A stretch of DNA of 64,000 nucleotides from Escherichia coli (GTDB taxonomy: Bacteria; Pseudomonadota; Gammaproteobacteria; Enterobacterales; Enterobacteriaceae): NCBI RefSeq assembly GCF_003790525.1, contig NZ_CP033635.1; one strand, 5' to 3'. The translations under genes were made by a program, and so were the position numbers. Of the stretch, positions 39,487 to 49,100 are shown one piece after another. The notes under the pieces were generated by a model. The model searched no databases. It had not been told where the DNA came from and saw only the letters and a program-made list of their open reading frames with translations. Every line of letters begins with the position of its first letter. Position 1 is the first letter of the stretch.

Positions 39487-40212
39487 ATGTCTGAAGAACA
39501 AATGAAGGAACCCGCATCCCGTCGTGTAGGTGCGCTTACTTCACCAGTGAATATCGAGTTGCACTCCCGTTATGCAATCATGCTGTGGGAAGGGAGACGA
39601 GGCACGAAAAGTAAAAGTGCTGAAGATCGCAGGGCAGCGAAAATAATGAGTATGCCGGAAGCTATTAAGATGACTGGCGGCCTCTACAGAGATTCTCTTG
39701 CTGATAATCCCTATGCGGATGAAACGATGTGGAAAGTTGAAAATGCGATTGTTGAGGCAACCGATAAAATTAATGCTGAAGTTCGTGTACTTGAAGGGAT
39801 CCTCAGAAATATTCCGTCAGTGATCACTGTCCGGGATGCTCTTTCTCGTTCTCCTGTCGATATTGGGGTTTTCAGCCGCTCTCCTCTGGGCTACCGCTGT
39901 GTATGGCTTCTTGTCGGGTATGATCAGCTTGCATTAAAAACGTTTCAGGCAGCACATCTGGGGCTTATTTCACGAAACAGGCGTGATGAGTTGTTGTCTT
40001 CTGGTGCGCATCTTATCCGCAAAATTTACGGTATTCTGCAGGGGTATCGCACTATGGCGGTAACTCGGGATGATATTGAGAATAAAACAGAAAAGGCAGA
40101 GAAAGCTATTGCCCGTTATGGTATGCCTCATGATGATATTCTATCCGGTAAGCTCAGATCTTCATTTTCTCCGCCCCTGAACCGTAAGTCCCGTGATGCA
40201 TCCCGGCAATGA
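39487..40212 (+). CDS. conserved ICE hypothetical protein upstream of topB
   Basis: 241 aa; GGAGAT SD. Confidence 0.6.
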   Translation: MSEEQMKEPASRRVGALTSPVNIELHSRYAIMLWEGRRGTKSKSAEDRRAAKIMSMPEAIKMTGGLYRDSLADNPYADETMWKVENAIVEATDKINAEVRVLEGILRNIPSVITVRDALSRSPVDIGVFSRSPLGYRCVWLLVGYDQLALKTFQAAHLGLISRNRRDELLSSGAHLIRKIYGILQGYRTMAVTRDDIENKTEKAEKAIARYGMPHDDILSGKLRSSFSPPLNRKSRDASRQ

Positions 40213-40228
40213 CAGGTGAGGAGAATTC

Positions 40229-42247
40229 ATGCGTCTCTTTTTGTGTGAGAAACCTTCACAGGCCGGTGATATAGCCAGAGTACTTGGGGCTGCCAGACGT
40301 GTTGATGGTGCGATTGAAGGTAAGGACTTTGTTGTGACCTGGGCCTTTGGTCACTTGCTGGAGCAGGCGCCACCGGAGGCGTATGGTGAGCAGTTTGGCA
40401 GTCCCTGGAAAATTGACGTTTTGCCGGTCTTTCCTGAACAGTGGCAGATGGTGGTGAAGGATAATGTCGGGAAGCAGTTTAATGTGATCAGCCGCCTTCT
40501 CCGTAAGGCTGATGAAGTGGTGATTGCCACTGACGCCGATCGTGAAGGCGAAATTATCGCAAGGGAACTGCTGGATTATTGTGGTTATACCGGCGTTGTG
40601 CGCCGTCTCTGGCTGTCCGCACTGGATGAGAGCAGTATCAGGGAGGCGCTGGGCAGGATACTGCCCGGAGAGGAGACCGAGAAGTTATATGAAGCCGGTA
40701 AGGGACGCAGCCGGGCTGACTGGCTGACGGGGATCAACCTGACGCGTCTGTATACCCTGAAAGCCAGGGAGTGTGGTGTGTCCGGCGTCCTCTCTGTTGG
40801 CAGGGTGCAGACGCCCACGCTTGCGATGGTGGTCAGACGGGATGCAGAAATCAAAAATTTTATTCCGGTACCTTACTGGCAACTGTATCTCTGGCTGGAG
40901 AAGGACAATGTGCGTTTTCGTACCTCCTGGATTGCGGCAGCGCAGTACTGCGATACTGAAAAACGGTGTGTGAATGTGCAGGCGGCAACAGCCGTCCTGT
41001 CACAGTGTCGTCAGGCCGGTGTTGCTGTTGTCAGGGATGTCAGCAGCAGACGGGAGAAAAAGCAGCCTCCGCTGTGTTTTTCGCTCGGAACGCTGCAGGA
41101 GGTCTGTTCGCGCAAATTTGGCCTCGGCGCGCAGGCCGTTCTTGATATAGCCCAGTCGCTGTACGAAAAGCATAAGGCGACAACATATCCGCGTACAGAT
41201 TGCGGTTATCTGCCTGTGTCGATGTACAAAGAAGTGCCTGACGTACTGGCAGCGCTGGAAAAAACCGATCCGGATATTGCCCCGGAGCTGGCAAAACTCA
41301 GTCCTGATATTGTGTCGGGGATCTGGAACGACAGGAAGATCACCGCGCATCATGCGATAATCCCCACCCGTCAGCCGTTTAATATTGGGGCGCTGAGTGA
41401 TAATGAGCTTAAGGTGTACCGGTTAATTCGTCAGCATTATCTGGCTCAGTTTTTACCCGTTCAGGAGCTGGATGTCACAGAGGCCACTTTTCTTGTTGCG
41501 GGGCAGTTGTTTGGAACGCGGGGGCGAGTGGAGGTTGTCAGGGGATGGCGTGCGCTTTTTGTGTCAGATTCGGCGGGAGAGGAAGAGGATGTTGCAGACG
41601 ATGAGCAGGCGATGCCCCTTCCCGTACTGGCAAAAGGCGATGAATGTCGTCCTGCTGAAGCTGAACTCAAAGAGATGCAGACCACGCCACCGCGTCATTA
41701 TACGGAAGGCACGCTGATTGCGGCGATGAAAAACGCTGCGGGGATGGTGAGTGATCCGGCACTGAAAAAAGTGTTACGCGAAAATGCGGGGCTGGGCACT
41801 GAAGCGACCCGCGCAGAAATACTGGAAACGTTGTTCACCCGCAAATATATCGAGAAGCAGGGTAAGCATATCCGTGCCACGCAACTGGGGGCGGAGCTGA
41901 TAGCGGGATTGCCGGAGGCGCTGACCAGTCCGGGGACAACGGCGCTGTGGGAACAGGCTCTGGATGATATTGCACAGGGTAAACTGTCACTGTCGTCATT
42001 TATGGAAAAGCAGAAACAGTGGCTTAACCACCTGGTGGCCGGTGCAAGGCAGCAGCAACTGCAGATCACGGCACCGGTTACGCCGGCATGCCCTCTTTGT
42101 GGGAGCAGAATGCGGAAAGTGAAGATGAAAAGCGGGAAAGGGGAATTCTGGAGCTGCCAGCGTTATCCGGAGTGTAAGGGAGTGATTTCAGAGCAGAAAC
42201 CGACATCCGGGAAACGGGGCGGCAGAAAAATTAAAAAGCATGGATGA
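40229..42247 (+). CDS. topB: DNA topoisomerase III
   Basis: 672 aa; Toprim N-terminus (MRLFLCEKPSQAGDIARVLG...ATDADREGE), C-terminal zinc ribbon CPLCG...C..C. Confidence 0.85.
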   Translation: MRLFLCEKPSQAGDIARVLGAARRVDGAIEGKDFVVTWAFGHLLEQAPPEAYGEQFGSPWKIDVLPVFPEQWQMVVKDNVGKQFNVISRLLRKADEVVIATDADREGEIIARELLDYCGYTGVVRRLWLSALDESSIREALGRILPGEETEKLYEAGKGRSRADWLTGINLTRLYTLKARECGVSGVLSVGRVQTPTLAMVVRRDAEIKNFIPVPYWQLYLWLEKDNVRFRTSWIAAAQYCDTEKRCVNVQAATAVLSQCRQAGVAVVRDVSSRREKKQPPLCFSLGTLQEVCSRKFGLGAQAVLDIAQSLYEKHKATTYPRTDCGYLPVSMYKEVPDVLAALEKTDPDIAPELAKLSPDIVSGIWNDRKITAHHAIIPTRQPFNIGALSDNELKVYRLIRQHYLAQFLPVQELDVTEATFLVAGQLFGTRGRVEVVRGWRALFVSDSAGEEEDVADDEQAMPLPVLAKGDECRPAEAELKEMQTTPPRHYTEGTLIAAMKNAAGMVSDPALKKVLRENAGLGTEATRAEILETLFTRKYIEKQGKHIRATQLGAELIAGLPEALTSPGTTALWEQALDDIAQGKLSLSSFMEKQKQWLNHLVAGARQQQLQITAPVTPACPLCGSRMRKVKMKSGKGEFWSCQRYPECKGVISEQKPTSGKRGGRKIKKHG

Positions 42248-42471
42248 TGATTACATGCTTTTTTTTATTTGTTAAAGTACATACGCTTTGATGTATACCC
42301 CCGTTATCAGCGGGAAACAGAGTGGCGATTAAACAACGGCGTTGCTCTGTTTCTGATACAGCAACGACCACTGCGTCCGGTTGTGTTGCAAGGCGCACGA
42401 ACTCCGTGAAAACCGCGTCGGGAGTGATCCCCGGAGAAAAGTGAGATAACCTCAGGGCTGGTAACCCGTGA

Positions 42472-42501
42472 CGGCGCTGAATTTTCAGCGCCGTTTTTTA
42501 T
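42472..42501 (+). terminator. rho-independent terminator
   Basis: Stem CGGCGCTGA/TCAGCGCCG followed by TTTTTTATT. Confidence 0.7.
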
Positions 42502-42559
42502 TGGTGTTTTCTGCTTGACTTTATTTATGGCTGTTTTAAAAATGAGCATGCTAAATAGC

Positions 42560-42725
42560 TGCTTTGCAGCCAACCAATCTCCCGGTGGTCTGAGAGGGAG
42601 GCTTACGCGACCACACTGTCATCTTCGGATGACCAGCCAATGTTCCAGCAGTCTGAGAGGAGCGCCTTCGGGTGACTGCCAGCCAATGTTTCAGCGATCT
42701 GAGAGAAACGCCTTCGGGTGATTGC
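42560..42725 (+). repeat. three imperfect direct repeats (~45-60 bp) each ending in a UUCG-tetraloop hairpin
   Basis: Units contain CAGCCAA...TCTGAGAG...(CATC TTCG GATG or CGCC TTCG GGTG). Confidence 0.6.
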
Positions 42726-42937
42726 AATATCCTCGTAGCCTGAAAGGGGATGCCTTTATGGCGGTACATCCGTTTAGCCTCTGGGAACGGATATCACCAC
42801 TGGTGATTGAGGTACGTTTAACTGCACAGACAGCCGGAAATTCAGCTGATTCCGGCATCCCCGACGGGAACTATCACTCCCGTCAGGGCTGGTGATGTTC
42901 TCCGTCATATCTTTTTTTACTCCATGGAGAAATCATC

Positions 42938-43402
42938 ATGTCTGCAACTAACTCTACTTCTGCAAAAACTGAATACTTCAACCTGACCATGAAAGGTCTT
43001 GGGTATCTCAGCAATGTACGTCAGGTTAACCATCAGAACGGTTCGTTCCTCAGCTGCGTGATTAACGCACTGAGTGGACCAACGGACAATCCGTCCTATA
43101 CGCGTTTTGATGTCACGGTTGCCGGTAAAGAGGCGACCACCCTGATCTCCCGCTGCCAGAAAGCAGTGGATGAGGACCGCAAGGTACTGCTTGGTTTTAC
43201 GTTAAGCAACCTTGCCACCGACATTTTCACCCTGAACAAGGGGGAGCATGCCGGTGAGCAACGCGTCAGCCTGAAAGCCCGCCTGATCAAGGTGGACTGG
43301 ATAAAAATAGGCCAGGAGCAGGTCTATAAGGCTGAAAAAGCGGAGTCCCAGCCACCGAGCCATGGCACCACAAAACGTGAATACGCAGAAGACTCCTTCT
43401 GA
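42938..43402 (+). CDS. conserved ICE hypothetical protein
   Basis: 154 aa; GGAGAAA SD; followed by hairpin terminator (~43410-43470). Confidence 0.6.
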   Translation: MSATNSTSAKTEYFNLTMKGLGYLSNVRQVNHQNGSFLSCVINALSGPTDNPSYTRFDVTVAGKEATTLISRCQKAVDEDRKVLLGFTLSNLATDIFTLNKGEHAGEQRVSLKARLIKVDWIKIGQEQVYKAEKAESQPPSHGTTKREYAEDSF

Positions 43403-43501
43403 TCGCGTATTTTTCTCACTGCCTCCCTGATAAAGAAAACAGACCACCATCAGGGAGGTCTGTTTTCTTATTGTTTTTACTGAACTTTAAGGAAACAAAT
43501 T

Positions 43502-43705
43502 ATGACTTCTACAAACGGTATTCTCGCAGCTGCGGCAGGTTATACATTACCTCTGGAAATACTCAAAAGTGGGCGCGGATATTATATTGGCACTCAGTGT
43601 TCTGAAGGACCGGTATCCCGTGAATCAGAAGAGTATTTCAAAAAATATGAGCAGGCTGAGCGGGCGCTGAAAAATGGCACCTGGACACAACGTCATGCCT
43701 GGTAA
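43502..43705 (+). CDS. small hypothetical protein
   Basis: 67 aa; AAGGAAA SD 8 nt upstream. Confidence 0.5.
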   Translation: MTSTNGILAAAAGYTLPLEILKSGRGYYIGTQCSEGPVSRESEEYFKKYEQAERALKNGTWTQRHAW

Positions 43706-43717
43706 TGAGGAGGTGCT

Positions 43718-44275
43718 ATGGCTTCACGCGGCGTAAACAAAGTTATCCTGATAGGACATCTGGGGCAGGATCCGGATATCCGGTATTTCCCCAATGGCGG
43801 TGGCGCTGTGGCGAATCTGTCACTGGCGACCAGCGACACCTGGCGGGATAAACAGAGCGGTGAAATGAAGGAAGTTACTGAATGGCACCGCGTTGTTCTC
43901 TATGGAAAACTGGCTGAAGTTGCCGGCGAGTACCTGCATAAGGGGTCGCAGGTGTATATAGAAGGCCAGCTTAAAACCCGTAAATGGTTTGACCAGCAGA
44001 ATGGTGTGGACCGTTATTCAACTGAGGTTGTTGTGGGCGTGAATGGTGTCATGCAGATGCTGGGTTCATCGCGTCAGCAGGGCGCTTCCGGTAATGGTGC
44101 TTCAGCACTGGCACAAGGGGGCCAGGGACATCCGCCGAAGACGACCGGACAGACTGGTCGTGCCACCCGGACGACGTCAACGGGTAATGGTGCTCCACCA
44201 ATGGACTTTGACGATGATATCCCCTTTATGGGGCTCGGGTATGGCATGGAACGACGAATTATTCATGCCATGTAA
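43718..44275 (+). CDS. ssb: single-stranded DNA-binding protein
   Basis: 185 aa; OB-fold N-terminus, Gly/Gln-rich linker, acidic tail ending DFDDDIPF. Confidence 0.9.
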   Translation: MASRGVNKVILIGHLGQDPDIRYFPNGGGAVANLSLATSDTWRDKQSGEMKEVTEWHRVVLYGKLAEVAGEYLHKGSQVYIEGQLKTRKWFDQQNGVDRYSTEVVVGVNGVMQMLGSSRQQGASGNGASALAQGGQGHPPKTTGQTGRATRTTSTGNGAPPMDFDDDIPFMGLGYGMERRIIHAM

Positions 44276-44285
44276 TATTAACCAC

Positions 44286-44309
44286 GGGGCGTTACGCCCC
44301 ACTTTTTTA
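44286..44309 (+). terminator. rho-independent terminator after ssb
   Basis: GGGGCGTTACGCCCC stem-loop followed by TTTTTTAT. Confidence 0.7.
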
Positions 44310-44321
44310 TCCGGAGGTTCC

Positions 44322-45290
44322 GTGAGTGAAAAAGTTAACAAAATCACTATGATTCATGACGGGGCGTTCAAGAAGACGCTTGAAGATCCCGCCGCAGTAA
44401 GGGACTTTCTTGAACAGGTCTTGACACACGATCAGATATCCCGCTGTAATCTTGATACAATAGAAGTTGAAAAGAATTCGTTCGTGACGGAAAGTTTGCG
44501 TCAGCATGCCTGTGATGTTTTGATCAGCATGAAGACAAACGACGGCAGGGACGGATACATTTATACCTTAATCGAGCACCAGAGTTCGCCGGATAAATTC
44601 ATCCCGCTGCGTATGATGCGATATATCCTGGCTGTAATGGAGCAACATGTTGAAAAGCATAAGTGTGCACCTGTGGTGATCCCCGTGTTGTTTTATCATG
44701 GTGCAATGCGGCCATATCCGTATCCGCTGAACTGGGTGGATTGTCTGGATGACCCGGAGTACGGACGGGAGATTTATGGCGAGTCAAAGTCATTCAGTCT
44801 GGTGGATGTCAGTACGCTTGATGATGATGAAATTGAGCAGTATCGCCGGATGGCGGCGCTGATGTACACCATGAAGTCCGGAACTCAAGGTGATTTGATT
44901 GAGCTGATTGGTAAATCGATCACACTGACGGATAAGTATGGCAGTAGCATTCACCTGAATACGGTGCTTACTTATCTGATGGAACTTTACCAGATGGATG
45001 TTGCTGAACTTTTTGAAGCAATATCCACACACTATCCCAGCCATAAGGGGGTGATTATGACGATAGCGGAACAACTGGAAGAGAAAGGTCGGGTTGAAGG
45101 TCTGGAGAAAGGCCTTGAGAAAGGCCTTGAGAAAGGCCGTGCTGAAGGCCGTGCTGAAGAGCGTCAAAAAGCGCTTGCAGAAACTTATGCATCTGTCCGT
45201 CGCATGAGCGATATGGGGATGTCAACGGAAGTTATTAAGCAGGCACTTCATCTTTCTGATGAACAGATTCAGGAAGCGCTTAATAATTAA
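44322..45290 (+). CDS. Rpn (YhgA-like) family recombination-promoting nuclease
   Basis: GTG start at 44322 with GGAGG SD; N-terminal segment HDGAFKKTLEDPAAVRDFLE...GYIYTLIEHQSS resembles E. coli RpnA-E as recalled; the track ORF from 44043 is an upstream extension overlapping ssb. Confidence 0.7.
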   Translation: MSEKVNKITMIHDGAFKKTLEDPAAVRDFLEQVLTHDQISRCNLDTIEVEKNSFVTESLRQHACDVLISMKTNDGRDGYIYTLIEHQSSPDKFIPLRMMRYILAVMEQHVEKHKCAPVVIPVLFYHGAMRPYPYPLNWVDCLDDPEYGREIYGESKSFSLVDVSTLDDDEIEQYRRMAALMYTMKSGTQGDLIELIGKSITLTDKYGSSIHLNTVLTYLMELYQMDVAELFEAISTHYPSHKGVIMTIAEQLEEKGRVEGLEKGLEKGLEKGRAEGRAEERQKALAETYASVRRMSDMGMSTEVIKQALHLSDEQIQEALNN

Positions 45291-45768
45291 CCTCGCATCG
45301 TAATGATGTGGCAGAGCGCGACTGATGCGTCAGAACGTGTGATGCCCTGTGAACACAGCGCCTGCCATTGTGCAGGCGTTTTTTTATCAATCAGTCTGGT
45401 AAATTGTGATGGAACTTTACCAGATGGATTTTGCTGAACTTTCTGAAGCAATATTCACACACTATCCCAGCCACAAGGGGGTGATTATGACGATAGCGGA
45501 ACAACTGGAAGAGAAAGGCCTTGAGAAAGGCCGTGCAGAAGAGCGTCAAAAAGCGCTTGCAGAAACCTATGCATCTGTCCGTCGCATGAGTGATATGGGG
45601 ATGTCAACAGAAGTTATTAAGCAAGCTCTTCAGCTTTCTGATGAACAGATTCAGGAAGCGCTTAATAATTAACCTCACATCGTAATGATGTGGCAGAGCG
45701 CGACTGATGCGTCAGAATGCGTGATGCCCTGTGAACACAGCGCCTGCCATTGTGCAGGCGTTTTTTTT
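44979..45768 (+). repeat. near-tandem direct duplication (~0.36-0.41 kb per copy) of the rpn 3' end plus terminator
   Basis: Copy 1 44979-45385, copy 2 45409-45768; both end in hairpin GCCTGCCATTGTGCAGGC plus T-run. Confidence 0.85.
45409..45672 (+). CDS. stand-alone duplicate of the Rpn C-terminal domain (87 aa, RpnS-like)
   Basis: Near-identical to the last ~100 codons of the upstream rpn gene, with a short internal deletion of GLEKG repeats; own ATG; own terminator copy. Confidence 0.6.
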   Translation: MELYQMDFAELSEAIFTHYPSHKGVIMTIAEQLEEKGLEKGRAEERQKALAETYASVRRMSDMGMSTEVIKQALQLSDEQIQEALNN

Positions 45769-45862
45769 GTCAACCGGAAATCAGTTGTTCATTGAGCCTC
45801 CCCTCACTTCTTCTGCAAATTGACCTCTGACTTTATCACTTCACTGCAGAGGTAATTCCCTG

Positions 45863-46441
45863 ATGAAAATATCCCTTCTTTTTTCCGCGCTGTCTGTCTG
45901 TGTGTTGCTGGCGGGGTGCCAGAGTCCGCAAAAACTGCAGCAGAGGGCGGCTGCCGTCCCGGTACCGTCGGTGACAGTCAGCAACAATGTCCGTCCGGCA
46001 AATCCGGATGTGTACGCCGGTGCGGCGACACCGGAGGTGGTGCGTTATGACCGCTATCTGCTGGTTAACACGGCACCGGATACGGTACAGCGTGACCCGC
46101 TTTCCCAGGTGATTGACATCCGCATTCCGGCATCACTGAAGCCGACGGTGGCGGATGCGATGCGTTATGCCCTGAAACAGTCCGGCTACACACTCTGCGC
46201 CACGGGGCCTGCCAACGGTGTGCTCTACCGTCAGCCGCTACCGGCCGTGCAGTACCAGACCGGGCCGGTCAGACTGCGGAGCGCGCTGCAGATGATGGCG
46301 GGGCCGGCATGGCAGCTTGAGGTGGATGATGTGCAGCGCGTGGTCTGTCACAGTCTGCGTGAGGGTTATCAGTTACCGGCACGCCAGCTGGCGCCGGTAC
46401 CGGCGGTGGTGAAGGTATCCGGTGCGGAGCAGAAAAAATGA
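45863..46441 (+). CDS. pilL: PilL-like lipoprotein (first gene of ICE conjugation module)
   Basis: 192 aa; lipoprotein signal LLAGC; position as in PAPI-1-type ICEs. Confidence 0.65.
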   Translation: MKISLLFSALSVCVLLAGCQSPQKLQQRAAAVPVPSVTVSNNVRPANPDVYAGAATPEVVRYDRYLLVNTAPDTVQRDPLSQVIDIRIPASLKPTVADAMRYALKQSGYTLCATGPANGVLYRQPLPAVQYQTGPVRLRSALQMMAGPAWQLEVDDVQRVVCHSLREGYQLPARQLAPVPAVVKVSGAEQKK

Positions 46442-47217
46442 GTGAAAAGCAACAGGAGATATCAGCCGCTGCAGGTGGTTCAGGTGGCACCACACCGTCA
46501 GGAAGGGCGAAACGGCGTCCCTCTCCCGGTCTGTTCGCAGGGCTGGTGACGGTGGTGATGATGGCGATCGCGGTTGCCGGTCTGGTTCGTTATACGGGAG
46601 AGCAGGACAGGCGAATGACTGCGCTGGCGGTGCAGATGAAGGCGTATTCTGATGCGCTCGCCTTGTCCGGAACGGAACTGGTACCACTGAGGGAGAGGCT
46701 GGCTGAGACCGAAAAACAGCTGAAGAGTGTGGCGGAACGTATTTCTCAGCTGGAAAAGCGTCCTGCACTGACGGAGGAAGAGCATGCGCGTACGGGAGAG
46801 ATGGCCGCCAGCCTGGCATCACTGCAGACCTCACTGGCGCAACAGGGAGAAACGCTTCGCACGTATGAGCAGCGACTGGAGAAGGTGGAGAAGACTTCAG
46901 TCACCCCGGTATCACCGTCATCTGCGAAAGGCGCGGGCGGGACGATGAAGGGCACAGCGGCGGTTGCGCCACAGAAGAAACGAATGTCTGCCGGCGTGCC
47001 GGTGGTCAGTCGTACCGCGCCGTTTGTTCTGACCGGGACAGAGCAGCGGGGAGGCCGTACGTATGCGGCAGTGGCCCCCCGTGGATTCAGCAGTCTTGCT
47101 GATGTGACGTTACTGGGTGAAGGGGAGAGCACGACAGGCTGGGTGCTTGAGCGTGCAGGACGTGGCGAGGCCACGTTCCGGGTGAATGGTCGTCAGGTCC
47201 GGGTCATGGTGGAGTGA
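46438..47217 (+). CDS. ICE conjugation-module membrane protein
   Basis: 259 aa; N-terminal TM anchor, coiled-coil. Confidence 0.55.
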   Translation: MSEKQQEISAAAGGSGGTTPSGRAKRRPSPGLFAGLVTVVMMAIAVAGLVRYTGEQDRRMTALAVQMKAYSDALALSGTELVPLRERLAETEKQLKSVAERISQLEKRPALTEEEHARTGEMAASLASLQTSLAQQGETLRTYEQRLEKVEKTSVTPVSPSSAKGAGGTMKGTAAVAPQKKRMSAGVPVVSRTAPFVLTGTEQRGGRTYAAVAPRGFSSLADVTLLGEGESTTGWVLERAGRGEATFRVNGRQVRVMVE

Positions 47218-47221
47218 GAAA

Positions 47222-47941
47222 ATGAAGCTGAAAAGTCTGTCACTGGCGCTCATGCTGCTGTCCCTGCAGGCGATGGCCGCCGTACAGGAGAGTACGCAGC
47301 AGGGAACGCGCACCTCCTCATCCTCTCAGGTCAGTACCACCACACAGGAACTGCAGCAGCAGGCCGGGCAGTGGGGACTCAGTGAGGAAGATTACCGGCG
47401 TTACCGTACCCTGATGGAAGGTCCCCGCGGTATTCAGTCTCCGGGGCTGGACCCGCTGACGGTACTGGGGATTGAAGCGCGGACGGATGCAGAGCGCAGG
47501 GTGCTGGCCGAAAAATGGGTTAAAGCTGAGTATGAACGCACTGAGAAGGAACTGGCTTTCCAGCGTGAAGTGAATGCCGCCTGGAAACGGTTGTATCCGG
47601 GGGTGATGCCGGTCAGCCTGGGGAATTCTGCCGGCATCGCCCGTGACACCGGGGGACGTCTTGCCCTGTTTGTCAGGTCGAAAGACTGCAGTACCTGTGA
47701 TGCGCGGCTGGCCGCCGTGCTTTCATCCGGTCGTCAGGTGGATATTTACCTGGTCGACAGTCAGGGAAATGATGAAAAGCTGAGGCAGTGGGCCCGGGAG
47801 CACAGTATCCCGGCAGACCGTGTGCGCAGTCGCCACATCACGCTGAACCATGACGGCGGTCGCTGGCTGCGGTTTGGGGAGGGGAGAATGCCGGTGGTAC
47901 TTCAGCAGGGGGCTGACGGATGGCGCGTGGCAGCCTTCTGA
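47222..47941 (+). CDS. ICE conjugation-module periplasmic protein with thioredoxin-like CxxC (CSTC) motif
   Basis: Signal peptide from ATG 47222; CSTC motif. Confidence 0.55.
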   Translation: MKLKSLSLALMLLSLQAMAAVQESTQQGTRTSSSSQVSTTTQELQQQAGQWGLSEEDYRRYRTLMEGPRGIQSPGLDPLTVLGIEARTDAERRVLAEKWVKAEYERTEKELAFQREVNAAWKRLYPGVMPVSLGNSAGIARDTGGRLALFVRSKDCSTCDARLAAVLSSGRQVDIYLVDSQGNDEKLRQWAREHSIPADRVRSRHITLNHDGGRWLRFGEGRMPVVLQQGADGWRVAAF

Positions 47942-48576
47942 TGTCGCTGCTGCTGATGGCAGTCAGCATTCCGGCGGGGGCGGCGCTGCATGATATCCCG
48001 GAGGGATACGTGCGTGTGGCGGAACAGCATGGAGTTCCGGCAGAAGTACTCTATGCCGTCTCGCTGACCGAGACGGCCATGGTCCCCTCCGCCATTGGTG
48101 CTGTAATGAAAAAACGGAATGAGGATTACAGGGTACCAGCAGTGGCACGTCCCTGGCCCTGGACCATCAATGTGGCGGGCCGGGGATACCGCTATGCCAG
48201 TCGACTGGAGGCCTGGCAGGCCCTCCAGGTTTTTCTGAAACGATATCCGGCCCGACGGATTGATGTGGGGATAGCCCAGGTCAATCTGGGCTGGAACGGG
48301 CACCGTTTTGCGTCCACATGGGCGGCATTTGACCCGTACACCAGTCTGAACACGGCGGCGGTCATCCTGAGAGAATGTCGCCGTCGCCATCCTGACAGCT
48401 GGCTGCAGGCTGCCGGCTGTTATCACCATCCGGCAGGCGGCGCACCCGCAGTACGCTACATCGCGCTGGTGAGGCGGCATATTGACCGCCTCCACCGTGA
48501 TGCGGTCAGTACGTCAGGTGTGACTGCCATGAATCCCCGTTATATCCGGACAGAACCCCGGGAGTTAACCCCATGA
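47920..48576 (+). CDS. putative lytic transglycosylase-like protein (ICE conjugation module)
   Basis: 218 aa, signal peptide; EVLYAVSLTETAM segment suggestive of SLT-type catalytic region. Confidence 0.5.
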   Translation: MARGSLLMSLLLMAVSIPAGAALHDIPEGYVRVAEQHGVPAEVLYAVSLTETAMVPSAIGAVMKKRNEDYRVPAVARPWPWTINVAGRGYRYASRLEAWQALQVFLKRYPARRIDVGIAQVNLGWNGHRFASTWAAFDPYTSLNTAAVILRECRRRHPDSWLQAAGCYHHPAGGAPAVRYIALVRRHIDRLHRDAVSTSGVTAMNPRYIRTEPRELTP

Positions 48577-49100
48577 AACGATTTAAACGATATGTCATGA
48601 CGACCGCAACGGGTCTGTTGCTGTGCGCGGCTCAGGCCGGCGCGGAGCTCAGGGTGATTGCTGACCTTGGTGGCAGTGATGCCGGCAGGTTTTATGAAGC
48701 AATAAACCGCCAGGTGGACAGCGGAACGTCGTCGCCTGTCACGGCGCTGCTGCCGCAGGGGGAGAGTGCGATGCTGCCGGTTTCCACGCCGGAAATGTCT
48801 CCCGGAGAGGTGACGCCGAGGCCACTGCAGTTACCGGGGCTGGGGGCACTGTTCCTCGTGGGGGATGATGCACTCTCCCGTCAGTGGCTGCAGGCGAATG
48901 CGGCCGCGCTGCTTGAAAGGAAGGCTGCCGGTATGGTGGTGAGCGTGACGAATGAGAGCGGTCTGCAGGCGCTGCGGGCGCTGGCTCCCGGTGTGATGAT
49001 GGTACCGGCTTCCGGTTCAGCACTGGCCCGCCGTCTGCAGCTTGACCACTGGCCGGTGCTGATAACGGACAGTGGTATCAGCAGTGTGGTGATGCCGTGA
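48573..49100 (+). CDS. ICE conjugation-module secreted protein
   Basis: 175 aa, signal peptide. Confidence 0.5.
   Translation: MKRFKRYVMTTATGLLLCAAQAGAELRVIADLGGSDAGRFYEAINRQVDSGTSSPVTALLPQGESAMLPVSTPEMSPGEVTPRPLQLPGLGALFLVGDDALSRQWLQANAAALLERKAAGMVVSVTNESGLQALRALAPGVMMVPASGSALARRLQLDHWPVLITDSGISSVVMP

Noticed and set aside
44043-44321. 5' extension of the rpn ORF (track start 44043) overlapping ssb
   Set aside because: Extension lies inside ssb in another frame and upstream of the ssb terminator; GTG 44322 with GGAGG SD is the plausible start
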